Under the pieces are notes generated by a model that made no database searches, was not told the DNA's origin, and saw only the letters and a program-made list of their open reading frames with translations. DNA of 55,015 nucleotides from a virus (lineage: Duplodnaviria; Caudoviricetes): the IMG/VR virus record IMGVR_UViG_3300047483_000184, positions 1 through 55,015 of that record. One strand, 5' to 3'. The first letter of the stretch is position 1. Every line of letters begins with the position of its first letter. Below, in pieces: positions 9,256 through 18,341 of this stretch. A program made the position numbers and the translations under genes.

Positions 9256-10335
9256 CTAAAACAAGGACATTGTTTTCTTTTCTAATCTTTTGTTTGGGCA
9301 ATTCGCTGTCATGTCCCATCTGTAAAATTCTCTAGAGATATGAACTGATTTTGGTTGTTCCATCACATCAAAAGTCAATTCACCTTTATCATTGAAGTAA
9401 ACATCCGAGTGTTTATAAACTTTCCAATTGTTTCTTTTGCACATCTCATCAATGTAGTTATTGATTTCTTTCGACAATTGAGTACGCTCTAACCAAGAAC
9501 CAAAAAATGGTGTGTCTTTATAATAGCCTGTTTTTGGTAAAACTCTTGATTCATTTTCTATAGGTAAAACATGAATCAACTCAATATTGCTAATGCCATT
9601 TTCTTGTAATGCTTTAAGTTGTTGTTCATAATTTTTCATCATGATTTCAACTGCATTTTTAGGATTAGCTTGTCTCATTAAGTGATGCCTAACATCAATA
9701 TTACCCATATAACATGTTAATGTTTTGATCCATGGATAAATGTAAGATTCTAATCCTCTTTTAAGAGCACCGTGCATTGTTAATCCATCATGTCTTTGGC
9801 ACATATAACCTGCTTGATACATTCCAAAAGAGTGAGAATCACCAAAACAAAGCTTGTCTGTTTTTTCAATGTGATCAATCTTAGGAATATCATTAGCACA
9901 AATTGATTTGATTAACTCAATGTCTTGTTCTAAAGTTTTAAATAGATCTGTGCCTGTTTTTAATCGTTGTTCAATCAAAGCGCCAATGCAAGGCATATCA
10001 TGATGCAAGCTATACATCTTAACATTGCTTTTAATACGAATTATTTGATTGTATAAATCATCATTAGCTCCTCCAAAAATATTAAAGTTGCCTTTAAATT
10101 CCATACCATGATCTATCAAAATAATATCGTAATTATTCCAATCAGTTTCGTTTGAAGTAATAACATCAACATCTTTAAAACCTGCATTTGTTAATTGATT
10201 TGCAAGCATAAAACACCACGCTGATTTATGTGAACTGATCTTAGGACTTAATTTACCTACTAATGCTGAAATACCTATTTTAGCATTTTTGTCAGTAACA
10301 TAGTCTGTAAAATAACTAAAGTCTTGATTATTCAT
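9256..10335 (-). CDS. Putative fusion of a T4 beta-glucosyltransferase-like N-terminal domain and an SGNH hydrolase/acyltransferase-like domain
   Basis: N-half KIGI...DVDVI...DWNNYDIILI...NIFGG...KMYSLHHDMP resembles T4 BGT (KIAI...NVDII...DVNDYDRLIV...NFFGG...KIYYLFTD, from memory). C-half has FGDSH, MGNID and SVH. Likely start ATG at 10335. Confidence 0.5.
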   Translation of the reverse strand: MNNQDFSYFTDYVTDKNAKIGISALVGKLSPKISSHKSAWCFMLANQLTNAGFKDVDVITSNETDWNNYDIILIDHGMEFKGNFNIFGGANDDLYNQIIRIKSNVKMYSLHHDMPCIGALIEQRLKTGTDLFKTLEQDIELIKSICANDIPKIDHIEKTDKLCFGDSHSFGMYQAGYMCQRHDGLTMHGALKRGLESYIYPWIKTLTCYMGNIDVRHHLMRQANPKNAVEIMMKNYEQQLKALQENGISNIELIHVLPIENESRVLPKTGYYKDTPFFGSWLERTQLSKEINNYIDEMCKRNNWKVYKHSDVYFNDKGELTFDVMEQPKSVHISREFYRWDMTANCPNKRLEKKTMSLF

Positions 10336-10627
10336 TAGTAACTGGTTTTTCAGTGTCTTTATAACCGAATTTTTCAACATAATTATCAAGAGCGCCTAAG
10401 TAAGCGACTGCGTCTAATAAATTATCTTGTTTGTAGTTGTATGAGTGACGACTTAATTTTAATGCAACTAACGCAGCATACATGTCACTTCCTGTAAAAT
10501 CTTTACCAGTCATACCACTGGCAATTTGTGCGGCTCTGCGCATACCTTCTTCAAATGGACCATATTGACGTTCTTTTTCTTCAGAACGTTCATTTATAAT
10601 CTTGTTGGCTTGGTCTAGTATATTCAT
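10328..10627 (-). CDS. DUF6378-like small phage protein (possible nucleotide pyrophosphohydrolase)
   Basis: ILDQA..II..R..QYG, KLSR and DNLLDAVAY pattern. Confidence 0.7.
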   Translation of the reverse strand: MNILDQANKIINERSEEKERQYGPFEEGMRRAAQIASGMTGKDFTGSDMYAALVALKLSRHSYNYKQDNLLDAVAYLGALDNYVEKFGYKDTEKPVTNE

Positions 10628-10660
10628 AGATTACGTATTTAGATATTATATTTATATAAA

Positions 10661-10924
10661 TTAATTTGTTTCAGCTTTTGGCCAGCCACCGAGCGGCATG
10701 ATTTTACCATTGTCAATTGGACCATTTTCATTAACCCAATCTTCTTTGCCCGATGCAACTCCCATAACTTTGATAAATCCACAGGTAAATGCTTTGACTT
10801 TATCAATAGCCATTTGAGCATCTTCTGCCATCACACAAGCTACGAAATCAGATTTATTGCTCCAATTTGGAATTAATAAGTTTTCATCTTTATAATGCAG
10901 GTAATATATTGTATATGGTTTCAT
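10661..10924 (-). CDS. Hypothetical protein
   Basis: 87-aa ORF coupled (TAATG) to the upstream gene. Confidence 0.6.
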   Translation of the reverse strand: MKPYTIYYLHYKDENLLIPNWSNKSDFVACVMAEDAQMAIDKVKAFTCGFIKVMGVASGKEDWVNENGPIDNGKIMPLGGWPKAETN

Positions 10925-11397
10925 TATCTTTTAATAATTTTAATTTGACAATCGCCGTAACATTTTGCCCAACCGCCTGGTCTATTGGATCTAAACTTAT
11001 TTTTATTTAAAAGATTATCTTCTTCTCTAGTAATCCAACAAACTCCGCTATAATTAGTCAGCTCTAATTCAACTTCGGCTTGAGATTTACATTTAACTAA
11101 TGTTTGATAAAATTCGTTTAGTGGAGTAGTATGTTCCCAAACTATAGAAGCTTTTGCTGCATTTTTATCAAACACATATCTACTCGTCCACATTAAATCA
11201 AATGGATTTATATTATGCTTAAGACCCAACTGATAAACAGATTCTGAAATCATTTTAACAGGTTGATCACTCCATTTTTTTAAGCAATCCTTTAAGGCTT
11301 CTTTAAGTTTCTTTTTAGAATAATCTTCTGTTGCTTTATTATAACATTCTACAGCTGACCATATCAAAGGCGCAAAATCTTTATCTTGTGCAGTCAT
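10924..11397 (-). CDS. Hypothetical protein, possibly His-Me/HNH-like
   Basis: WEHTTP...CWITREEDNLL motif; preceded by an early-type promoter. Confidence 0.55.
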   Translation of the reverse strand: MTAQDKDFAPLIWSAVECYNKATEDYSKKKLKEALKDCLKKWSDQPVKMISESVYQLGLKHNINPFDLMWTSRYVFDKNAAKASIVWEHTTPLNEFYQTLVKCKSQAEVELELTNYSGVCWITREEDNLLNKNKFRSNRPGGWAKCYGDCQIKIIKR

Positions 11398-11423
11398 ATC
11401 TTATTTGTTTTTAATTATACAGT

Positions 11424-11459
11424 AAATATACAAAAAAAATCTCAAATATAAAAATATTT
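11424..11459 (-). promoter_or_regulatory. Candidate early (host sigma) promoter
   Basis: aaatatttt-tatat-ttgag-attttttttg-tatattt aligns without gaps to the region upstream of 18270; contains TATATTTG/TATATTTA, resembling the Bacteroidota -7 element TAnnTTTG. Confidence 0.55.
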
Positions 11460-11520
11460 TAGCAACTTTTTTAATAAATAGTTTGTCGAATAACCGACTT
11501 AAATAAACTACTGATAACCA

Positions 11521-11652
11521 ATGGCTAAAGCTTCTTCTCCGAATGGTGGCGCTTTTCAAAAGACTAAAAAATCTGGTAAAGCTTCAAAAAAAGAATCTAA
11601 CAACAAGCACTCTAAAAACTACAAGAAAAAGTATAGAGGACAAGGTCGTTAA
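11521..11652 (+). CDS. Small basic protein (43 aa) ending KKYRGQGR
   Basis: Not in the ORF track: MAKASSPNGGAFQKTKKSGKASKKESNNKHSKNYKKKYRGQGR*. AATAAATA motif upstream (about 11473) and a terminator directly downstream. Confidence 0.75.
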   Translation: MAKASSPNGGAFQKTKKSGKASKKESNNKHSKNYKKKYRGQGR

Positions 11653-11655
11653 ATG

Positions 11656-11687
11656 AAAAAGTCTAACCGCAGGTTAGACTTTTTTTA
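11656..11687. terminator. Bidirectional intrinsic terminator
   Basis: aaaaagtctaacc-gca-ggttagactttttt at the junction of convergent genes. Confidence 0.8.
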
Positions 11688-11908
11688 GTATTTAAATAAG
11701 TGATTAATAATTTTGATATTTTCTGTAATTCGTCTGCATTAAAATTAGAACTAACAACTGATGCTAATATAAATTGATCTATCATTCTTTTACATGTTAA
11801 AAAATGATCTAATGACGTTGATGTATCTACACATTTAATTATTTTATCAATGGCAGCGTATGACCAATTTTCATAGTCCTCTATTCTAAATATTTTAAAT
11901 ATGTTCAT
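11663..11908 (-). CDS. Hypothetical protein
   Basis: 81-aa ORF convergent with the small basic gene; its stop lies in the terminator. Confidence 0.55.
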   Translation of the reverse strand: MNIFKIFRIEDYENWSYAAIDKIIKCVDTSTSLDHFLTCKRMIDQFILASVVSSNFNADELQKISKLLITYLNTKKSLTCG

Positions 11909-11922
11909 ACTTACATAAAATT

Positions 11923-11954
11923 AAAAAAGCTCAGTTTTTATACTGAGCTTTTTT
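11923..11954 (-). terminator. Intrinsic terminator
   Basis: aaaaaagctcagt-ttttat-actgagctttttt, downstream of the internal-protein cluster. Confidence 0.8.
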
Positions 11955-11964
11955 AATTTGTTTA

Positions 11965-12411
11965 TTATAGATTTCCATACTTTTCAAAGATAAAAGCTTC
12001 GAATGATTTTGCTAGTTTTTTCTCGCGTTTCTTTTTCTTCTTCTTTTCCTTTTCGTATTCGTCATCGGCATCGCCTCTGCCTGCTGGTTTATCGCCTGAA
12101 CCAACAGCACCAGTACCTAAATCTGGTAAAGCTATTTTGCCCATGCCCATACCTGGCATTCCAACTGATTGTGGTCCACCTGAGCCAGTTGCAAAACTCA
12201 TAGATTCGTTAGAATCTGAGTCTACTTCGTCTGGCAAACCTTCATGTGGTGTAGTAGCATAATCTTTAAGTTGTTCAATGCTCATTGAATTAACAAGCTC
12301 TTTAACTTTGTCTTTATACTCTGCACCAACTTGCGCGATGTCCATGTAACCTTGCTTAACTGAATAAGCTAGTCCCATTAATCTTTGTTGTGCTTTTGAT
12401 TTTGCTGGCAT
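11965..12411 (-). CDS. DUF3008-like protein, probable internal virion protein
   Basis: N-terminal MPAKSKAQQRLMG; Gly-rich middle; Lys tract; C-terminal KSFEAFIFEK capsid-targeting-like motif. Confidence 0.65.
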   Translation of the reverse strand: MPAKSKAQQRLMGLAYSVKQGYMDIAQVGAEYKDKVKELVNSMSIEQLKDYATTPHEGLPDEVDSDSNESMSFATGSGGPQSVGMPGMGMGKIALPDLGTGAVGSGDKPAGRGDADDEYEKEKKKKKKREKKLAKSFEAFIFEKYGNL

Positions 12412-12429
12412 GTTTTTGTTTTATTTTAA

Positions 12430-14910
12430 TTACCAGATATAAGAGAATGATTCTATTTTATCAAGTCTGTCTTTAAGTTCTTTGGCTTTTTGTTCAACCT
12501 CTCTTTTGTACCAAGATTCCGCTTCTCCGTATTTTGCAACTGAATCTTCTTGTTGAGCAACAACTCGAACATATCCAGAATAATCATCTAAAATACGTTG
12601 CATGTGATTTGCAACATCTGATAATTTAGCTTCAGCGCCTTTTGCATTCGTACCAACAATAATTTCACCGTAACGTCCTTTGGTTTGTTTAGTTAAACCG
12701 TCTTTGATTTGGTTAGACATAGTTTCAATTGCTTTTGCAACTAAGCTATCCATTGGCATTTGTGTTGCTTTTTTAGCAATGATTTGGTTGTATCTTGCCA
12801 TGTTTTCGGCTTTAAAATCTTTATCTGATTTAAATGCAATTGCACCTTTTTTAGCTGCTGCTCTTTCAGCTCTTTCAGCTTCGGCAGAATATTTCTGTCT
12901 TAATAAAGCAATATTAATTACAATTGCTCTATCAGCTACTTCTGAAATTCTTTTTACATTGTAAAGACCCGTTGCATCCCAGCCGCTGTATTTTTTATTA
13001 ATACCGATTGAATCGCTTGGATTATTATCCACTTGTTTCAACGTTCTGTTTTTTGCATTTCTGTCCCATCTTCCACCGGTCCAAGCATTGTCATAAAACT
13101 TATTATCACCCGAAGCAACTGCTAATAAATAGCCTTCACCTGGAATTGTTTTGCTTGTGTAATATGCATCTGATGGCGCATATGGATTTGACTTTTCTGT
13201 ATCAGAAATATAAAAAATGATCGAATCGTTTTGTTTGTTTTTATAAGCTAATGCAGGAGACGTAGTTAAAAGATCTTCGTCTTCGATTTGATCTAATTTT
13301 AATTTAGTAGCACCATAAAATGCTTTTGCTAAAGGAGCATCAAATGTACCTTGTCTTGTAAATAGACCTGCTAACATCGATGATTTGAATGATTCCGTTA
13401 CTAATTCAAATGATTCATTTATAGAATCAACGAATTCAGAAAATGATTCGTAGATGAATTTGTTTTCCATGTTATTATTTTCGTTTGTTTTTAATTTATA
13501 ATCATTTTGATAAAGAGTAGCTGCTATTCTTTGACCTGTTTTTGTCAAACCAACTTTATCTTCTTGGATATTAAAGAATGTTGAATTTCTTCTTAACCAT
13601 CTTTTAGAATCCTCAGTTAAGCCTGAAACTAAAGTATCGAATTCTTCTTTGGTTAATTCGCCGTCTTTTAAAGCTTCGATGATTTTATTTCTAATAGCTG
13701 CGTGTTTTCCGGCTGTTTTAGCTGGATAATTTTCAGTATATTGTCTTTTTAAAGTGATTTTAGATTCATTAACTTCAAATGTTTCAAAGGCTTTATCCTT
13801 TTTAGGAGCTGGTAAAATATCACCAACCTTTGGTAATTTATCATATTGTTTTAACCAATCTTGGTCTAACATCATACCAAACATAATATGAAATCTTTTA
13901 TCTTCAACTTTCGATACGTCTGGAAAACTTGAATGAATAACTTTATCAACACTAATAACATAGATTTCATTAGCCTTTTTATCAATGGCGTAAGTTACTA
14001 AAGTTTTATCGAAATCTTTTGAACCGAACACTGCTTCAAAAACTTCAGATTCATTAGCTTTAATCATATCATCTGTAATATCTCCTGATTTAACGGCGTT
14101 TTCAATAGCTTTAAAAAGTTTATTTTTATAATCGGCCGGTGCATTTTTAATTTGATCAGGCGTTACTTTGTGATTTCCATATTTTGGGTGTTTAACGCTA
14201 TTTAATGATGTGCCAGTAAACCAAGATGCAAAAGCATTTGAATACGATTCACTCTCACTAATTTCTTCAGATTCTTTAATAGGTTTCTTTAAACCTTTAA
14301 TAAAGTCTTCAACTGAAGAATCCATTTTACCATAAATTTCATTTGGAGTTACTGCATGATTTACAACAGAACCATCATCATAAATATTATATGAACCGCC
14401 ATCGTATTCTTCTCCATCATAATCTAAATCAAATGAATCTTCTTCTAATGTTTTCAAATTAACTGTCACTTTTGCGCCTTCTGCTTTTGACATTGCTTTA
14501 GCTAAAGTTTCTGCAACTTTTTTAGTTTGAGCCTTTGTTAAACTAGCTGGAGCTCCAAAATTAGAAGCTTCATCCAATTCTTCAGATTCGTTAACTGCTT
14601 TTTTAGCAGCGGCAATAATCTTTGATTTGTTATTTTTACCAAAATACCAGTACATTCCTGCTACAACGCTATCTTCAGATTCACCTGCAATGATAGCATC
14701 AGCTGCTTGTCTACCTGCTTTGCTATTTAATAAAGCGACTGCTTCGGTATCTTTAAGACCAAATTCTTTCATTAAGTCTTTTACGGCTGCATCAAATATT
14801 TCATCAGCTATCTTTTCATTATGGTTATCTTCCATGGAACCATAGAAGCCATACGCTGTATTGATGTCATCTTTGGTATATTTTTCATTAAGGAACTTGT
14901 TAAAATTCAT
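12430..14910 (-). CDS. Probable internal head polyprotein with multiple xxE protease-like sites
   Basis: Begins MNFNKFLNEK; internal VNES, LDEA, IKES, VFEA, VNES and IYESFSEFVDSINES; AATATATAG motif upstream. Confidence 0.6.
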   Translation of the reverse strand: MNFNKFLNEKYTKDDINTAYGFYGSMEDNHNEKIADEIFDAAVKDLMKEFGLKDTEAVALLNSKAGRQAADAIIAGESEDSVVAGMYWYFGKNNKSKIIAAAKKAVNESEELDEASNFGAPASLTKAQTKKVAETLAKAMSKAEGAKVTVNLKTLEEDSFDLDYDGEEYDGGSYNIYDDGSVVNHAVTPNEIYGKMDSSVEDFIKGLKKPIKESEEISESESYSNAFASWFTGTSLNSVKHPKYGNHKVTPDQIKNAPADYKNKLFKAIENAVKSGDITDDMIKANESEVFEAVFGSKDFDKTLVTYAIDKKANEIYVISVDKVIHSSFPDVSKVEDKRFHIMFGMMLDQDWLKQYDKLPKVGDILPAPKKDKAFETFEVNESKITLKRQYTENYPAKTAGKHAAIRNKIIEALKDGELTKEEFDTLVSGLTEDSKRWLRRNSTFFNIQEDKVGLTKTGQRIAATLYQNDYKLKTNENNNMENKFIYESFSEFVDSINESFELVTESFKSSMLAGLFTRQGTFDAPLAKAFYGATKLKLDQIEDEDLLTTSPALAYKNKQNDSIIFYISDTEKSNPYAPSDAYYTSKTIPGEGYLLAVASGDNKFYDNAWTGGRWDRNAKNRTLKQVDNNPSDSIGINKKYSGWDATGLYNVKRISEVADRAIVINIALLRQKYSAEAERAERAAAKKGAIAFKSDKDFKAENMARYNQIIAKKATQMPMDSLVAKAIETMSNQIKDGLTKQTKGRYGEIIVGTNAKGAEAKLSDVANHMQRILDDYSGYVRVVAQQEDSVAKYGEAESWYKREVEQKAKELKDRLDKIESFSYIW

Positions 14911-14947
14911 AACTTTTATTATTTTTCTTTATCTATATATTAATATA

Positions 14948-16402
14948 TTATTTCATTTTAAATCCTAGTTTGCCATTGTCTGGACTATACACGGATTGAT
15001 TTGGCGCTTCAAACGTGAATTTAACGCCTTCTGTTGAAAATGATTTAAGATGTAACATCATCTCTTGTTTTTTAGGGGCAAAATCCAAATACAATTGTTT
15101 TACTTCTAATTTAGATAGTAATTCTGTTAAGGATGCTTGATATGTACCATTGCTATTTAAATAATCTGTAACATGGTAGCTCATAGGTCCTATGATTGCT
15201 CCATATAATTTAGTGCTCTTGATTTTATTCCACTCTACCGATTTACCCTGTGGGTATCTTCCAATAGTGCTATAAAAACCATCAAATACTTGCATAAATG
15301 AATCTGGATCTTTAGCTAAAATATCTGTAATGAATTTATTTAAACTTTCAGTGGTTACATTCTTTTCTTTAGTTATTTCAACTAATTTTTGGTAACCTGG
15401 TAAATTAAGTAATTGTGAAATAGCTAAATATCCAGCAGATACTTTATTACTTTCAACTGTATTAAAAATCTGCCAAAGTTCTCTTTGAGCTTGTGTTGTT
15501 AATTGATCTGAATCTACGTTTTTAATAATTCCAGTCAAAGTCGGTGCAGCACCTGATTTATATTTTGAAGATACTCCGTAACCATCTATGTAAAAATCTA
15601 CTAACGGATTATTTCCTGTTGGAAATTCAACTCCTTTTTCATATCCACATGCATTCATCATGTAAATAGCTCCAAGAATTTCACCAAAATCTTTACCAAC
15701 TGTATTTAAATCAGATGGATCGAATTTAGCAACAAATCCTGCAGTATTAGGTGAGTATTTAATAGTTTCTTCAAATGAATCAACATGACCTGCAGATTCA
15801 AAATTATGCTTTGAAGAATGTCCAGCAACATCATCAACCATAGAAGTTAATAAACCTACAATAACTTCTTGATCTGAAAATTTAGATCTTACTGCTTTTT
15901 TTGTAAATTCAACTAGCTGTCCTTTGTTTAAGTACGTCGGTGGTAATCCTAGTCCAGTCGGTGTTAAAATTTTAGAAGTAAATGAACCGCTTGGAACATC
16001 ATCGTTTACTATATGAAACTGTAAACCCATTGGATAATCAATTCCTTTAATAGTAACAGCATCTTCTAATTTAACAATATACGTGTAATATGTACCTGAA
16101 TATGCGCCTGCTTTATAATCTTTTGGTGAGATTGCATCAATAGAATAATTGTTTAATTCTTTTTTAAGAATTGAATTGATATTGTCAAGTGAATCATTAA
16201 CTGATTTTCCCAACATATATCTTAAATGTTTAGGTCTTCTACCTGATTCTATTTTACCATCGTGCCCGTTTTTATCAAAAATAAGTCTTAGATAATTAAT
16301 CAAGCTACTTTCATCACCTGATTTTGATTCATTTAAAGAATCGAATTGTTTATTTAATTCGGCCTGAAATCTAGCTCTAATGTCCCCTGGTGTAATTGCC
16401 AT
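14948..16402 (-). CDS. PD-(D/E)xK restriction-endonuclease-fold protein, possibly virion-packaged
   Basis: DFGEILG...EFPTGNNPLVDFYIDGYGVSSK..GAAP; N-terminal FDSLNES. Confidence 0.5.
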   Translation of the reverse strand: MAITPGDIRARFQAELNKQFDSLNESKSGDESSLINYLRLIFDKNGHDGKIESGRRPKHLRYMLGKSVNDSLDNINSILKKELNNYSIDAISPKDYKAGAYSGTYYTYIVKLEDAVTIKGIDYPMGLQFHIVNDDVPSGSFTSKILTPTGLGLPPTYLNKGQLVEFTKKAVRSKFSDQEVIVGLLTSMVDDVAGHSSKHNFESAGHVDSFEETIKYSPNTAGFVAKFDPSDLNTVGKDFGEILGAIYMMNACGYEKGVEFPTGNNPLVDFYIDGYGVSSKYKSGAAPTLTGIIKNVDSDQLTTQAQRELWQIFNTVESNKVSAGYLAISQLLNLPGYQKLVEITKEKNVTTESLNKFITDILAKDPDSFMQVFDGFYSTIGRYPQGKSVEWNKIKSTKLYGAIIGPMSYHVTDYLNSNGTYQASLTELLSKLEVKQLYLDFAPKKQEMMLHLKSFSTEGVKFTFEAPNQSVYSPDNGKLGFKMK

Positions 16403-18270
16403 TATTTATTATTTAAAAATTGTTCAAAGGTTAATATGTCTGTACTTGCTTCTGTTTCAATAGCTTCTGAAATTTTCAATGAAGTTTCTAACTTTTGTTT
16501 AAGTTCATTGAATAATGGCCCCAACGCTTTAGGTGTCATTTTATCAAAAGTCTTTTTATCATTAGCTAATAATGCTTCTCTAACTTTAGTTGCTGAAATG
16601 TCGTCGTCGTCTCTTTTGATTTCAAATAAACCAAATTCTGGTAAAACACCAAGTTCATCTCTATATTTGTCATTGTTTACTTGATAACCATATGTTTTGA
16701 AACGATCTGTTCCTGTTCCCCATAAAACTGGTTCATATTTAGGTCTCATTTCGTTAAACATCACATCAATACCTGCAGTTGGAATTACAAATATCTCTTT
16801 CAAGAAAGGATATTGTTTTTGAACTTGCATAAACATTTCGATTTGAGTTTCAGTGTCAAATGGTCTTTTAGCAGCATCGTCCTTTTGTGCTTTGGCTGCT
16901 TTAACCAAAAATACTACGACTGGATAACCATTTTGTTTGTGAATTGTTTCTAAAACTTTAGCGTGACCAAGAGTAAATGGTTGGAATCTACCAACAAACA
17001 TGTTTACTTTTTCTTTACCTTGTTCTGAATGATTAATTTTTAATGCTTCATTCATGTTAGTTTTACTAGCTGAAATCTTGTTATGCATTAAAAAATTACT
17101 GAAGTTGTGAATTGCATTTTCGTCTGCATTTTCTACAAATACCTTTTGTTCAATTACATCAATGATCTGATTTAACTGTTCTAAAATATTTGAATTTAAT
17201 AATGCAGATTCTTTTATTTTCTTTTTAGAAAAAGAGCTTAGCATGATTTTATAAAGTTCAGCTAACACTGGATTTTCTAAGTATTCTAATGTCTTTTCAT
17301 TATCAATATACTTGGTATTGATGTTAAACAAGGCTGACTTAGAAAAATCAGCTGCTCCAAAATCAACGCCAACATATTTAGTAGCATTTTCTTTAACATA
17401 TGAATTGTACATTGCTGAAATTAATTCAATATATCTTTTATCAGAAGCTGTTTCTAAAAGCTCAATACTGTCTAAATCTACTGTTGAAAAGAATTCTAAC
17501 AAATCAACCATTGTAATTTGATACATGTGACTTGCTTCTCTATTAGAAGTGTCAGCCTCATTAGCCGTTTTAAATTCTTCTAATTTAAAACTTTTAATTT
17601 GTGTTGAATCCACAAAAGAAACTATTAAACCGTCAATCGGCTTAACTAGATCTTCATTTAAAACTGTTTTATAAGCACCCGGATTAAATAATTTGTAAAT
17701 GTGGTTGGTGAACGCTTCATTTCCAAATCTTTTAGCGTATGCTTCGTTTGACATTGAAAGCAATGTCACTAAATTTCTCTTTTGATCCTCATTTAAAGTA
17801 CCATCAAAAACAATAGATGGTCCTTGTACTTGTAGTTTTTGTGCCCATTCCTTTAGAATTTTAGGATCTGTTAAAACTTTTTTAGCTTTACCATTAGTAC
17901 CTAAAACTTGAATGTGCGTTAATATCATGAAATTGAAAGGCGTTGAATCATATTCAATAGAAGCCATATTGGTTTCTGGTAAATATTCAAATCCAAACTT
18001 CCAATCGCTTGGCATTTGATTCTTTTCGTTTAATGTTAAACTTTGAAAGTGTTTAATGGCATTCTCATATACTGATGTTAACGTTCGATCTATAATATTC
18101 ATAGCTTCGTTATTTCCAGATTTGAAATACTCAAAACCTTCCATTGCTCTTCTAACATGAAATGAAGCTCCTGCAATCTTTTCAGTTACAACAACTCTCA
18201 TCTTTAACATATCGTTAAACTCGTTGGGATTTGTACCTTGGTAAAAATCTCTTAATTTTTGTAATGCCAT
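16402..18270 (-). CDS. Fusion of a degenerate RNA-ligase-fold domain and a HIGH-family (cytidylyltransferase/NMNAT-like) nucleotidyltransferase
   Basis: N-domain VTEKIAG, FEY, IDGLIV and FKL; C-domain GRFQPFTLGH and ISATKVREAL; linker NMNEA; C-terminal LTFEQFLN. Confidence 0.7.
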   Translation of the reverse strand: MALQKLRDFYQGTNPNEFNDMLKMRVVVTEKIAGASFHVRRAMEGFEYFKSGNNEAMNIIDRTLTSVYENAIKHFQSLTLNEKNQMPSDWKFGFEYLPETNMASIEYDSTPFNFMILTHIQVLGTNGKAKKVLTDPKILKEWAQKLQVQGPSIVFDGTLNEDQKRNLVTLLSMSNEAYAKRFGNEAFTNHIYKLFNPGAYKTVLNEDLVKPIDGLIVSFVDSTQIKSFKLEEFKTANEADTSNREASHMYQITMVDLLEFFSTVDLDSIELLETASDKRYIELISAMYNSYVKENATKYVGVDFGAADFSKSALFNINTKYIDNEKTLEYLENPVLAELYKIMLSSFSKKKIKESALLNSNILEQLNQIIDVIEQKVFVENADENAIHNFSNFLMHNKISASKTNMNEALKINHSEQGKEKVNMFVGRFQPFTLGHAKVLETIHKQNGYPVVVFLVKAAKAQKDDAAKRPFDTETQIEMFMQVQKQYPFLKEIFVIPTAGIDVMFNEMRPKYEPVLWGTGTDRFKTYGYQVNNDKYRDELGVLPEFGLFEIKRDDDDISATKVREALLANDKKTFDKMTPKALGPLFNELKQKLETSLKISEAIETEASTDILTFEQFLNNK

Positions 18271-18290
18271 TTCTTTTATTTTTGTTTTAC

Positions 18291-18326
18291 AAATATAATA
18301 AATTTATTTGATATATGAAAATATTT
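18291..18326 (-). promoter_or_regulatory. Candidate early (host sigma) promoter
   Basis: aaatatttt-catat-atcaa-ataaatttat-tatattt(g); gapless match to 11424-11459, with a perfect TAnnTTTG. Confidence 0.55.
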
Positions 18327-18341
18327 GTAGATTTATTTTAT

